This document shows, in pieces, positions 21,736-35,933 of a stretch of 64,000 nucleotides of DNA. The DNA comes from Octopus vulgaris (lineage: Eukaryota): positions 57,350,001 through 57,414,000 of the forward strand of contig OX597814.1 of the NCBI GenBank assembly GCA_951406725.2, in the 5' to 3' direction. The position numbers and the translations under genes are program-made. The notes under the pieces are model-generated. The model ran no database searches. It was not told the origin of the DNA and worked only from the letters and a program-made list of their open reading frames with translations. Numbering within the stretch: the stretch's first letter is position 1; each line of letters opens with the position of its first letter.

Positions 21736-24416
21736 TAAGTTATACTAGTTACTTCCTTTTTTGTAGTCATTTATATATATCTATCTATCATAGATATATA
21801 TAAATATATATATATAATATCGAACCATTATGAATGTTTGAATTTCTCTTACGCAATGATGTATTGTTGTATTGTTTTAAAACCCTCTTTTCTAAGCGTT
21901 AAACAATACAAGTTATTAATATCACTCGCGAGAAATGTGGCTATGTTTTTGCTTGTTTGTTTGATCCTTATAACACCCGGTGTTTCCGTCTCTCCCTCCT
22001 TCGTCCTCTCTCTCTTGGCGTCAATGTTCGTTTAGATTATGAAAGCAGGCTTTACTTGGAAGAAACTGTATTAGCGCTTTTGTCTTCCTAGATTTATGTT
22101 ACTATTATGGATGTTTCTCTATTTCTTTCTCAATGTCGTTGAATTCAAATGTTTTATTACTTTGAGAAGCAGACAAAAAACAAAAACATTTACATATTTC
22201 ATCGATTAACTATTTGTCTTTTTTAATATATATTTCTATTAACATAGACACCCACGAAAAAAAAAATTATATTTCTTGTGGTTCTTGCAATATTAATAAT
22301 AAATAATAATAAGCTTTAAATATTTTACATTGTTTATATATCCTACATATATACTTAGGCCATTAGATGTTCAAAATTGAAGAAAACTCTGAAAAAAATG
22401 TTGTAGTTGAAGCTTGTCGGAAATCGGTGATAATATGCCGTCTTTATACCGACCGGTGTATTTTTCCTGGGTAAAGTCGTTTCTTATCGCAGGTGTTGAA
22501 TACACTGTTCAATATATATATATGGGAGACTTTGTACAAATAGCAGATTTGTTTCATTTTAGACAATTAAAAAAAAATAAAACAAATAGAGTTATTCGTA
22601 TATTTCGCTTTTAAATATGTATGAATGTATGTCTATATATATAGTGCGTTTGTGTCAGTATGTACTGCTGTCACGAATTTATACAACAATTGTGTCATGT
22701 TTTCTCCGATCTTGTACAATGTAGCACGTGTCTCCTAAGTGTTTTTTTGAAAATAGATTTTGAGCCAGACTTCATAACCATTTTCGAATAGGCGGGCTGT
22801 ATATCTAAAATAAAGAGAAATCTAAATGTAATAATCTAGAAATCACGAATACAAGATAAGCCGGTTAATCCCCCCCCTTACCAAAAAAAAAAAACACTCA
22901 ATAGAAACACTAACACAAAACCGAAAAAAGCAATTTGAAAAGTGCTTATCTTGATGATTGTATTCATATATGTATATATAAAATATTATTTGAACATGTA
23001 TGATTTTTTTTGTTTGATCATTAAGTTTAACAAAGTATTTTCATACACCCATTCGAATTAATTGTCCAGTTAGCTCAATGACATTTCTCTGTTCGGTTGT
23101 GCCGTAAACTGCACTGCTGATCAATCTTCGCTCTTTCTCTTTTTGTCTATTTTCAAATTTCATTCAGGACAATAAATGTTTCAATCAATAGTAACATTAA
23201 TTAGTAAGTTAGAAATTTCCATTTAGCAATTTTTTTTTTATATATAGACAACTTCTAAAATATAAGCAATCAATGACAACAGATTATTGAGAATTTAAAA
23301 AAAAAAATTTTATTGTCCACTGGAAACATTTCAAACCCGTTCCTCTAATAATTTGAAGCTAAGGCAGTTCCTTTTTTTTTTTTTTTTGTTTTTGTTTTCA
23401 TTGCAGGTTTATTATTTTTGATGTATATCTATTGGTTTTAACCTCATTTCTGTAACCATGCTGGTTGTAGATATCGGTTTAACGCCCGCTAATTTTAGTA
23501 CGGGTTTAAGTGTTCTGCAACTTATTTTTTTCTGCTGCTATAGATCTTTTGGGTTGCCCCACTCTTTTCCCGTGTCATGTCACAAATACGCACCCACGCC
23601 AATATTTTCGTTCAGTGTCACTTTCCATTATGAAAGCAGACCCTAACAATTCGTTTCGTTTTCATGAGGTTCTATTTCCAGTAAACAACTTAATATAACT
23701 TTTAAGAATGGCCGAGTTCATGGTTTGTTTTATGTCAGCCCTGATGGCACGGACTTATGGTGAAAAGATGTTTCAGCTGTGAACACAACCGTTCTTTTGA
23801 GTATCAAGGTACATTGTCCACTCTGGTAGGGTTAGATTTAAAGGACGTTTGTTTGCCTTTTGTAGCGTAACAGGCCGAATGACAACGTAGAGGTGCCCTA
23901 GTTGGATTGTGGGCAGTGTTGTTTAACCGCTGGTCAGTTCTAAACGAACAGTACACCGGTAACTATCCTGCTTCCTCTGGCATTGTATATCATTGTAAAT
24001 TTAGGACTGCATTATCCAATGCATAACCTTCCCTTATCTGCTTCCTTTAGACGTTCGTGCAACCACATGGATGCTGTTTATATTTATTGAGCTTCATGCA
24101 TAAGAAGTCTTTTTCTTTTCCTTCAAATTTTTGTCAGCTTCAAACGCTTGTGGGAAACATGCGTTTACATTACTCTTGAAATCTAAATGTAGGGAATCTT
24201 AGTAATCAGGAACATTAAGATAATTTGTATTAAAATCCTCCAGGATTTTGTAGTGTCATTCTTATTCTTTTGTGAAAGTTGCTTTTTGTGGTATTGATGA
24301 TAGTGAAGCAAGAATTTCTCCTGTGTTTTGTGCACTTCAAATACAGTTTAATAAGAGCAATTCTGCTCTGCAAATCTTCATTTTTTAGTTTTTCTTCCCA
24401 AGAGTCAAAACTGTTT

Positions 24417-24880
24417 CATCATCATCGCTTAACGTCCGCTTTCCATGCTAGCATGGGTTGGACGATTTGACTGGGGAACCTGATGGCTGCACCAGGCTCC
24501 AATCTGATCTGGCAGAGTTTCTACAGCTGGATGCCCTTCCTAACGCCAACCACTCCAAGAGTGTAGTGGGTGCTTTTACGTGCCACCGGCACGAGGGCCA
24601 GTCAGGCGGTACTGGCAACGACTACGCTCAAATGGTGCTTTTTACGTGCCACCAGCACAGAAGCCAGTTAGTTGCTCTGGCAATGATCATGCTAAGATGG
24701 TGCTCTTAGCACTCCACTAGTACGGATGCCAGTCATCGAATTTGATTTCGATTTCACTTGCCTCAACTGGTCTTCGCAAGCAGAGTTTAGTGTCCAATGA
24801 AGGAAAGGTATGCATAGGCCACGAGGTTATGGGCTCACTTGGCTTGCCGGGTCTTCTCAAGCACAGCAGATTTCCAAAGA
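24417..24880 (-). mobile_element. RTE LINE 3' fragment
   Basis: ORF2 end (EKTRQAK*), 3' UTR and (CAT)n tail, homologous to the neighbouring copy. Confidence 0.85.
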
Positions 24881-24942
24881 TTTCAATATATAAATATATA
24901 GTAGACATTAAAATTTTATATATGTATGTATGTGTGTATATA

Positions 24943-26497
24943 TCATCATCATCATTTAGCGTCCGCCCTCCATGCTAGCATGGGTTGGACGGTTCAACTG
25001 GGGTCTGTGAAGCCAGAAGGCTGCATCAGGCCCAGTCTGATCTGGCAGTGTTTCTACGGCTGGATGCCCTTCCTAACGCCAACCACTCCGTGAGTGTAGT
25101 GGGTGCTTTTTACGTGCCACCCGCACAGGTGCCAGATGGAGCTGGCAAACGGCCACGAACGGGTGGTGCTTTTACGTGCCACCGGCATGCCGCTGGCAAC
25201 GACCACGATCGGATGGTTCGCTTACTTATCACCGGCACTGGTACCACAGCTGCAATTTCCATTGATGTTGATCGACTTCGATTTTGGTTCTGCTTTCTGA
25301 TATCGGATTTGATTTGGTTTGATTTTGATTTTGATTTTCACTTGCCTCAACGGGTCTTCACAAGTGGAGTTTTGTGTCCCAAGAAGGAAAGGTATGTAGG
25401 CCACAGGTTATGTTCTCACTAGTCTTGCCGGGTCTTCTCACGCACAGCATACTTCCATAGGTCTCGGTCTCTAGTCATTTCCTTGGTGAGACCTAAAGTT
25501 CGAAGGTCGTGCTTCACCACCTCGTCCCAGGTTTTCCTGGGTCTACCTCTTCCACAGGTTCCCTCAACTGCAAGGGTGTGGCACTTTTGCACACAACTAT
25601 CTTCAGCCATTCTCGTCACATGACCATACCAATGCAAACGTCTCTCTTGCACACCACAACTGATGCTTCTTAGGTCCAACTTTTCTCTCAAGGTACTTAC
25701 ACTCTGTCGATTATGAACACTGACATTACACATCCATCGGAGCATACTGGCTTCATTTCTTGCGAGCTTACGCATATCCTCAGCAGTCACAGCCCATGTT
25801 TCACTACCATGTAGCATGGCTGTATGTACACAAGCATCATACAGTCTGCCTTTTACTCTGAGCGAGAGGCCTTTTGTCACCAGCAGGGGTAAGAGCTCTC
25901 TAAACTTTGCCCAGGCTATTCTTACTCTAGCAGTTACACTTTCAGCACACCCACCCCATCTACTGACTTGGTCACCTAGGTAGTGGAAGCTATCAACTAC
26001 TTCTAGTTTTTCTCCCTGGAACGTGGTAGAAGTTGGTCTCTGCACATTTTCAGTGTTTATTGCTCCTGAGCATCTGCCACAGATAAAAACTATTTTCCTA
26101 GTTAGCCTTCCTTTGACATTGCTACACCTCTTATGTGTCCATAGCTTACACTTGGTGCACCTTATAGAGTTTCTACCTACGCCTTTTTTACAAATCGAGC
26201 AAGGCCATCTACCTGAAGGCGTTTTTGATTGGTCTACCTTCCTACTTATTAGGACTTTGGTTTTGGCTAGGTTGATTCTAAGGCCCTTCGATTCTAAACC
26301 TTGCTTCCACACCTGAAACTTCTCCTCCAGTTCTGTTAGTGACTCAGCAATTAGAGCAAGGTCATCAGCATAGAGGAGCTCCCCGGGGCATCCTGTCTTG
26401 AATTCCTCCGTTATTGCCTGGAGGACTATGATAAATAGGAGGGGACTGAGGACTGAACCTTGGTGGACCTCTACCTGGAATTCTTCACTGTACTCGT

Positions 26498-26498
<1 letters not shown>
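24943..26498 (-). mobile_element. 5'-truncated RTE-clade LINE (RT C-terminal half and 3' UTR)
   Basis: GSVLSPLLF and LLYADDL upstream of ORF 25419..26312 (YLG, LHGSETW, WYGHV, RGRPRKTW); (CAT)n tail. Confidence 0.95.
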
Positions 26499-26528
<30 letters not shown>

Positions 26529-27362
26529 TTAATGTTCACTTTTCCTTGCTTGCATGGGTGAGAAAGGATTCATTGAGGCAGACTTTCTACAGCCAGATGC
26601 CCTTCCTGTCACTTATCCTCATCTGTTTGCAAGCAAGGTATTACTGGACATGTTTTTGCTGAAAATTGGAAATGGACAACATTTGTATGACAGTGGTACT
26701 TGTTTATAACTATCACAATGTCAAGATAAAGACACACATGCACACACATATATTTGGTGAGCTTCTTTAAATTTCTATCTATCAGATCCACTCATGAGGC
26801 TTTGGTTGACTTGAGTTATAGCTGAAGACATTTTACCAAGGTGCCATGCAGTGAGACTGACTCTCAAACCACAAAGTTGGGAGGTGAGATTTTTGACCAC
26901 ACATGACCGTTCCTATACATCACCCTCCTGGGCCATCAAATTATATCCTTCTCCACCTTCATACATTTCTTACACTCCCTATGCTCTACACTGGCCTCCC
27001 ACCCACATCTTTGCATTCTACGAGCCATACATTTCTCTCTTTCTCACATATATAATATTGGTTCATTTCCATTCCTTACACACCATCCACCTCTTAATCC
27101 TACCAATCTCTACAATTTTCACTTATTCTTCTACATCCCTCAACACTTGTTCTTTCATTATATTCACTCCTTCATTCTTCATCTCTAATCATGCTCTCTT
27201 CCAATGCATACTCACTCCCATTCCCTATTCTACCCCCTCCCTTATTCACTCATCTTGTTCTTTGAGGTCCCACCTTAAAACTTATTTTTACCTATTTCAA
27301 TCTCCGCCCTGGTCACTTCCACCCTCTTTTCTGTAATGTGAGTATCTGTATAGCTCCTATAG

Positions 27363-27720
27363 CAATGATTCTCAATCATTTTTTACCTATGGATCCCTTT
27401 GATTATTCTTTTATTCTAGTGGACTGCCCATAACCATTCAGTGATAAAGAACTTAGTTCTATAGAAACTTCTTTCAAAATTCCCATTTTAATTACACACA
27501 TTCACTTGTATAGATTTGAAATAACTCTACCTGAGGGAACCTGTTTCAGTGTCTGGAAACATATTAACTTAGAGAATGAAACTAAGCTGTTTCTTGCAGT
27601 AAATACATCTAAAGCAAAATTTTTTCATGGATCCTTAAAATACTATTGTAGATTCCCAGTTTACTATTTTGCTAGTGTAGATCCATAAAAATCTTATAGG
27701 ACCCTGGTTGAGAATCAGTG
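27363..27720. mobile_element. hAT/Charlie-type MITE
   Basis: Termini CAATGATTCTCAA / TTGAGAATCAGTG. Confidence 0.65.
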
Positions 27721-28285
27721 TCATACATTTGGGAAACTTTTCTTTTCTGGTCCCTTTTCTTGTATTTTAACCCCTCCTTATTATAACTCTACTCATTTGA
27801 AGGGGATCTTAGTCTTGTGAGTTGCATGGTAATCTCATTTATCAGTGCCACAAAAAAAAAAAAAATACTCAGTATGTGCTGTAAAGCAGATTTTGAAGCA
27901 TGATGCAATCCTTGGGCTTGTTGGATCCTGTCAAACTATTCAGTCCATACTAGTTTGGAGGATGGATGTTAAATGTTGATGTTTATAACCTCCTTATCAA
28001 GGCATTGCATGATTGTTGTAGATAAGTGTTACTGTCACTTGAGTAGATCATTTTCCAGTCTTCTATGGAAACATGTCCAATCATGGGGAAATATTACTTT
28101 GTTTAGAAATATATTAAGGGTGGCAACAGGAAGATTTTTCAGCCATAGAAAATCTACTTCAGTGAATTCTGTCTGAAGATAAATTAGTTAGAATGAAAGC
28201 GTGGAAAAGTGGATGTTAAAATGGTGATATGTTCTGACTTGTCATTAAGGCATGAAGAATCATGAAATATGAAATAAGACCTTAA

Positions 28286-28502
28286 CCCTTTCGCATCCAG
28301 ATTACTCTATCACATGTAATGCTTATTTATTCACATTGTCTTGAATTAATCGTGCATTGTCACATAGCTTTGAGATTTCAATGATGTGTTTTAGTTCTAG
28401 AATGACATTGTAGGGTAGGTGTAAGAGGCTGGATCAAGCTGATTTGAACATAAAAGAAGTAGACTATTTTGGCTGGATATGGCCGGTTTAAATGTTAAAG
28501 GG
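28286..28502. mobile_element. piggyBac-like TTAA MITE (other copies at about 29185-29389, 37043-37261, 40428-40770, 46070-46195 and 62900-63080)
   Basis: TTAA-CCCTTT..GCAT ... ATG.TAAAGGG-TTAA termini with a shared internal sequence. Confidence 0.75.
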
Positions 28503-30191
28503 TAAAGTTTAATAAATGCTTTTGTAATGTGAAGGATTAAAGTATTTGGCCCATGATCATATGGTTTGGGGTTTGAGTGCTAGAAAAGGTACTTCATTTC
28601 TCATTGCTCCAACTTACTCAGCTGGAAATAATTACCAGCAGAGTGCTAGTGCAGTCCTTTCTCTTTCCAGTTATCACATCCTTGCTGTTGCATTGGATCC
28701 AAAGTAGGAGGGTTGAGAGGGTGTCTGTGTCTTCTTAAAACTACATAGCCAGTAGTTGGTGAATACGTGTTTCATGCTTTCAAATCATACTCACTCATGA
28801 GTGACAGTTACGATTATTATGAGATAGCATGAGGAAAGTCATTGCCTTCAGTTGGAATGTTGAAAATATAAGGCGGCACAATCTTAAATGGTTAAGTGGC
28901 AGGAGATAAAGAGGGACAAGTGGGAATGGTGTTATGATTATATTTTGTATTTTATTACATCAGAAGCTGAATCTCTATTGTGAAATTCAGAAATTATTGC
29001 TTCATTTTCTCCAGTTAAGTTTTACCATTTATTTCTGTAAAACTAAACATTGCATATAAATTTCATTTCTACCCGATTCATAGTCTCTCCAAAGGCAGTG
29101 ATTTTCATATTAATACACTGTATCTATTTGTTCTTTTCAGTTTTTGGTTCTGTCCTGCCTGATCTTATTTGTGTTGCCTCTAACCCTTTAGCATTCAGAT
29201 TACTTTGTCAAACGTAATGCTTATTCACGTTCTTTTGAATTAATTTTGTAGCTTTGAGATTTTGAAATTCTGATTGTTTATTTTTAGAATGACATTGCAG
29301 GGTTTCTGTTAGAGGCTGGATCTGGCCAGTCTGAAGATAAATTAGGTAGAATATTTGGGATAGATATAGCCAGTTTAAATGTTAAAGGGTTAAAGATGTT
29401 AAGCATCAGTTCTCTTTATATCATATTTGTAGCAACATAGTTTGTTTCTTAGTAGTCACTTTTAAAACAATAGCACAAGGTCTTTGAAAGGATCTCCAGT
29501 TTTAATGGATTTTAGATCAGTTTTTATGAATCCATTGTCTCTCTCGAATATGATTTTGTGAATCATCCTTATAGATTTAACTCTGTCAATGCAACTGGTA
29601 ATTGTATCTAGAAAGCATTTAAAACATTTTACAGGAGTGTAATTTCCTTTTGTAACTATTTTCCATTGAAAAAGCTTTAAATTCAGAATCAATGCTTGAT
29701 AACATGAAACTCCTATCCATTTTCAAAGTTGAATAAAAATCAATGCCGAAAAAAATGTGGAAAAAAAATCTCCCAAAATCCACTGAATTGAGATATCACG
29801 TCAAGCGATGTCGGATACTATACCCAACTATTTACAAAGTGAAATCACATGTTTTAACGAATGTACCAACGAGATTTGAGTTCAAATTTACATTTAAATA
29901 ACAATAGGTTCTCTCAGCTGGCCACGGCCGGGTTGGTATTATGAACCCAAAAATTTTTTGGCCGGGTTAGTAACGAAAGGGTTAATACTGGGTATACTAG
30001 TTGAGTTGTTTGATAAAGTTGTTTGGAACTATAAAGTTGCTTGGTGTGTATGTGTATTAATACTGGGTATACTAGTTGAGTTATTTGATAAAGTTGTTTG
30101 GAACTATTGATTGTATTTCCAGTTTTAATTTAGTGTGGCTATTACTTTCTTGAAGTATAAGGTTTATCTCTATAACAGGGAGAGTGAAATA

Positions 30192-31640
30192 TTAGGTTGG
30201 CAACTAAGTTCCCGCTGTTTTTTAATTTATATTTTTTAAAAGGTTTAATAAAAAATAACAACTAATTAATCAATAATGTATTCACCCTTGTTTACAATTT
30301 CCTCCCAACATTCAACAAGATTTTCAATACCTATTTCTTTATTACCCACAAGGGGACAAACAAGGACAGACATAGGTATTAAGTCGATTACATCGACCCC
30401 AGTGCGTAACTGGTACTTAATTTATCGACCCCGAAACGATGAAAGGCAAAGTCGACCTCGGCGGAATTTGAACTCACAACGTAGCGCAGACGAAATACCG
30501 CTAAGCATTTCGCCCGGCGTGCTAACGTTTCTGCCAGCTCGCCGCCTTGATTTTCAAAAAAGATTTTCAATACCTTGTTGTTAGAAATCACCTGATTTTG
30601 ACTCGGAAAATTAATCCAACTAAGCTCTCAATTGTGCATCAGTATTGAATGAAACTCCATGCATAGCATTTGAAAGAGGTGGAAATCCGTTGCTGCCAAA
30701 TCAAGAGACTATGGTGGGTGTGGCAGCACTTCCCAGCCATACGTTTGAATGGCTTCCTTGGTCATATTGGCGATATGAGGGCAGGTGTTGTCATGCAGCA
30801 AAAGAATCCCATGCTGACGATTAGGTCTTTTCTCTTGAATAGCTGTGTTGAATCGTTTCATCTGTTGAACATAGAGTTCCACTTTGACCGGTTCCATTCA
30901 AGCAATTCATAATGGAACTTCCCAGTCCCACCATATGCACATCATCGTTTTACGCGGATGAAGATCTTGTTTCACAAGTGGATCACTTGTTTACCGTGGC
31001 TAAGCCATTCCTTATGCTGCTTCATATTGATGTACAGGCACCATTTTTTGTCGCCAGTAATGATTTGGTAAAGAAATCGTTGTTTGTGTTCACGAGTTGA
31101 GTGGTGACGAGCAAGCAGACCAGCAGAGATTGTGGCTTGTTGATTTTTGTTGTTGTCACTAAAAGCATGCGGAACCCATGCTCCACACTTCTGAACCTTT
31201 CCCATTGAGTCAAGATGCTTCTCTATAGCAGTATGGGAGCATTCCATTTTCTCTGCCAGTTCTCTTGTCGTTTGATGAGAATCTTAGAGCAAAAGTTGGT
31301 TTAATTGCTTTTCATTGAACTCAAATGAACGGCCAGAACGAGGTGCATCTTTGAAGTCAAAATTTCTATTTTTGAACTTGGCATATCAATCACGAGCAGT
31401 TCTTTCAGCTATGGCACCCTCTCCATACACAGCACAAATGTTGTGAGCAGCTTTTGCAGCCTTAGAACCTTGATTAAAAGCAAAAAGAAGGTGGTGTCGA
31501 AAATGCTCGTTTTTCTTAAATTGACATTACATTTTAATGATCTGAAAATAAACAAAAATTAATTAAAATTAATGAGAAAAAAACAAGATAGATTCCCAAA
31601 TGATTTAAAAATAGATTCCAAAATTTAAAAACGCAATAAA
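30192..31640 (-). mobile_element. Mariner (Mos1-like) transposon; transposase pseudogene 31532->30266
   Basis: TA+TTAGGTTGG TIR at 30190; HFRHHLLF, WVPH, IITGDKKW, LLHDN, EVLPHPP, GEYIID*. Confidence 0.92.
30333..30548 (-). mobile_element. SINE family A nested in the mariner
   Basis: 16-bp TSD aagattttcaatacct at 30317-30332 and 30560-30575. Confidence 0.9.
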
Positions 31641-31669
31641 TTCCATATATATAAATACAGATGTATGTA

Positions 31670-31708
<39 letters not shown>

Positions 31709-31720
31709 GTATTTATTTAT

Positions 31721-32139
<419 letters not shown>

Positions 32140-32998
32140 TTGGGTTGTCTGGAAAGTTCATGCCGATTATAGCAGCTTACCTTTCGACTTATTTTCGAAC
32201 ATGGTTGACTCCATAAAATAGGATTTGACTACACCTCCATTTAGAGCACAGTTTAAGCTATCTTTTCATGGAAGAAGGTTTATGTTCCTATAACCTGTGT
32301 TAATTCTGTAACCCTTTAAAATGGAAGATAAGAGAGTTCATTTTCGGCACTTGATGCTTTTCTTTTTCTGTAAAGGGAAAAATGCCTCCCAAGCAACCAA
32401 AGAAATATGCACAGTTTACGGAAGTGGTTCGCAAGGTTCCGAAATGGAGATTGTAGCCTTATTGATAAAGAGTAATCAGGCAGACCATCCACTACAGATG
32501 ATGACCAAATCAAGTCATTAATTAAGAATAACCCACATTGCACAACCCAAGAATTGGCAGAAAGCCTCAACCTATCAAAATCCGTTGTTCATGAGCACCT
32601 GGTAAGGCTTGGGTACACAAATAGCTACGATGTTTGGGTACCACATGAGTTGAGTGAGAAGAACCTTTTGGATCGCATTTCCATCTGTGATTTGCTTTAT
32701 AAAAGGAAATTGTGACAGGTGATGAGAAATGGATTATATACCGAAATGTTCAGAGAAAGCGATCCTGGAGTAAGCAACATGAGCCATCCTTAGCCATCCC
32801 AAAAGTGGGTCTTCACCCTAAAAAAGTCTTACTTTGTGTCTGGTGGGATTGGAAAGGAATTCTGTACTATGAGCTTCTCCCAAGTAACCAGACAATTCTG
32901 AGAAATACTGCACACAATTGGATGAGTTAAAAGCAGCAATTCAAGAGAAACATCCAGAATTGGCCAACAGGAAAGATGTTTTCCAACATGATAATGCA
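32140..32998 (+). mobile_element. Second mariner relic, 3' truncated
   Basis: TA+TTGGGTTGTC TIR; MEDKRVHFRHLMLFFF, WVPHEL, VTGDEKW, LHPKKVLLCVWWD, FQHDNA. Confidence 0.9.
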
Positions 32999-33319
32999 TG
33001 TGGGGCGTAGGCGGAGATAATTGTAGTTGTTCTGCAGGACTAGCCTGAGCTTAAGCACTCTATTGCATACCCTGACAACCTCTATGACCCTATCTACCCA
33101 TTTCTCCGCAAAGAGTATGCCAACACCCCTACACCATCCATGTTACCTTGTCAGAAGACTTTATATCTATGTGCCTTGCCTATGAGGACCCTAGCTGAAG
33201 CTCCTCTCCATCTTACCTCTTGTATGCAGCATACATCAATACATCTTTCAAGCATCTCTACAATCTCACTAGACCTACCTTTCAGTGTGCCAACAGCGCC
33301 TGGAAAGAAGAGGGAAAAT

Positions 33320-33590
33320 CTTAGATAGAACTATACAAAAACTCAACAGAAACGTAAATCTAAAGATGAAGTGTTTCGATTTTTGCATGAAAAGTGGGCA
33401 GAAATTCCCCATGATACAATCACAAAGCTCATCAGTTCAGTGCCAAAAAAAGTTTCTGAATTAAAAACTGCAAAGAGAATGTCAACTAAATACTAGAGTG
33501 TGTAGTCCTACCTATCGATTACATTTCAATCGTATTAAATAAAAAAATTTTGAAAATTAAAGGTGTGTATTTACTTCCTGAAGTCTGTGT
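33320..33590 (+). mobile_element. Tc1-like transposon 3' end
   Basis: LHEKWAEIPHDTITKLISSVP...AKRMSTKY*, then a terminus ending ctgtg-TA. Confidence 0.7.
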
Positions 33591-33709
33591 ATATACATAT
33601 AATGTGTATATATATATGTATATATATATATATAATGTATATATGTGTGTATGTATATATATGTGTATATGTATGTATTTATATGTATATATAGATATGT
33701 ACATATATA

Positions 33710-34260
33710 TCATTATCATCATCATCATCGCCGTCATTTAATGTCCGCTCTCCACGCTGGCATGGGTTGGACGGTATGAGTGAGGACCTGGTGTGCTGGA
33801 AGGCTGCACCAGGTTCCGATCTGATCTGGCAATGTTCCTAGTGCCAACAACCATGCTCAAAGGTGTTTTCACGTGCCACATGCAAGGTAGCCAGTCCAGC
33901 GGCACTGGCAACGACTACGCTCAAATGTTGCTTTTCCCGTGCCAGGAAGGCGGCATTGGCAATGATCACTCTTGAATTGTGCTTTTTTACATGTCACCGG
34001 TATGGGTGCCAGTCTGCAGCCCTGACAATGATCACATTCAGATGGTTCTTTTAACATTCCACTAACACGAGTGCCAATCAGCCGGTACTGTCATTGGCCA
34101 CATCAGCAATTTTGATTTCACTTGCCTCAACAGGTCTTTGCAAGTGCAGTTTATTGCCTAATGATTGAAGGCTGCTCTTAAATGGACTGATTATGCTGCA
34201 TAGGCCACAGTTATGGTGTCACTTGGCTTGCTGGCTCTTCTCAAGCACAGCAAATCTCCA
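33710..34260 (-). mobile_element. RTE LINE 3' fragment
   Basis: Same 3' UTR and (CAT)n tail; similar fragments at about 15505, 19740, 20140, 38625, 46250, 49360, 55310, 56945, 57400, 59720 and 63640. Confidence 0.8.
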
Positions 34261-34264
34261 ATGG

Positions 34265-35487
34265 AGAGTTACTGACAGAAGTAACTCCATAAATTTCACT
34301 TCAATCCATACACCTTCTTAAATTTGCCTATAAATTTCTTATTTACCTTTGTAAGAGTTTTGTGTTTTTCTGCTGATAACAGCTTTTTTCTGGTTCCATC
34401 AACACTGGCTCTTTGGTTCACTAATAAATTTCACTTCAACTCGTACCATTCATTATTTTCTGTAAAAATTTCTTATTTACTTTCTGCTTTCATATTAAGA
34501 AATATAATTTCCGTTACCCAGTTATTTTCATTGTTTACTATCTTCTGCACCTGTGTATTTCTGTATACATATTTAACCATACCTAGAAGGAAAGTGTCAA
34601 ATTGTCTACGATGTCAAGGTCAGCCAAATGAATGTCTCTGTCCAGAGAAAGAGAGACAGCTGCAGAAAGGGAAGCACACCAAGAAAAGAACTGACTGTGC
34701 ACTACAAAAGCCAGAGCATCTCGAAGTAATGAATAGAGGTATGCACAGCTGACATGGAATAGAATCTCCACTGCAGAACGAAGCAAGCACAGTTGCAACA
34801 GCTCAGAGCAGCAACTTCTATGAAGCAGCTCTCAATTATGATCCAGCAGTTCTTATACAGATGATGCTAGAGTTTCCATTGGTGCAATGATAACTGAGTG
34901 CATACATTGTAAAGCAAGGAAGTGGTCTGGAGAGACACCTGCACTGTGCTGCAGTGGTGGAAAGCTTAAACTCCCTGCAATTCCCCAACCTACAGAGCCA
35001 TTGAAGAAACTGTTGTCATCAACTGACCAAGATTCCAAGCACTTCCAAAACAAAATTAGACAATACAATGCTGCACTACAGATGACATCATTTAGAGCCA
35101 CAAGAGATTTAACTGTGCCAGGATTCATGCCAACTTTCAAGATCCAAGATCAGATTTATCATTGGATTGGCTCTCTACTACTTCTGTCAAATGAATCACC
35201 AAAATCAGCCTTTCATTGTTTATAATCTGTACCTGTTTTTTTCGTTATGAAATAAGCTGCACAAAACATGTTTTTGAATTACATATATTTTCTTTACATA
35301 CACGAGTTGAAAACTTTCTTTTAACATTTCACTTAACGTCTATGTTCCATGGTGGCATGGGTTTGAAAATTATTAATGTAGAAAGTTGGTATGTCAGCTA
35401 CTAGCAGTTGAGACCTGCATAATCTAGATGGCGTTTTTAAATTTCATTATTCTCTTTAACCTGGGCAACACTGGGTATTTCTGCTAG
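34265..35487 (+). mobile_element. Internally deleted Helitron
   Basis: ORF 34887..35225 has the RepHel N-terminal motif CIHCKARKW..E....CCSGGK..LP...HFQNKIRQYN..QMTSF...FKIQDQIYH.IGSL; 3' hairpin ctgggcaacactggg and CTAG at 35484-35487. Confidence 0.88.
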
Positions 35488-35933
35488 TTCAATTATAATT
35501 ATTTATCTGTACTGGATTTTAAACTCATCTGCTTGATTTAGGCCCAAAATGATTTTGGTGGAGGTTCATGTAGCTGATCCAGTATTATTTAGTAATTTTG
35601 TAATGTATAGTAATTTAGACTAGCATTGATTTCCTTAAAGGTATAGTATTATAACATATATTGATTGTATTGATGCCAGAGCTTTGAAAAGCAACCCACC
35701 TACTCTATGGGATAAAACTGAAAACTTTAAGCTATCTAAGTTGTCTATACTAACTGACTGTTTGGTTACATATTCCTCAAAATTGAAAAATCTGTTATTA
35801 GTTGAAGGTTCCAGCTTTGGAAGCTTTGCTCATCAGCTACTGTATATAATTGATCTCTAAAGGTGTTTTGGTAATGTGATGTGTTCACTAGAATGTATGT
35901 GCCATTAATCTAGGAATTTCTTTTTGTTGCTAG

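Noticed and set aside
29982-30107. Direct repeat of about 51 bp with a 75-bp period, superficially CRISPR-like
   Set aside because: Only two units in a eukaryotic context with no cas genes; a local tandem duplication.
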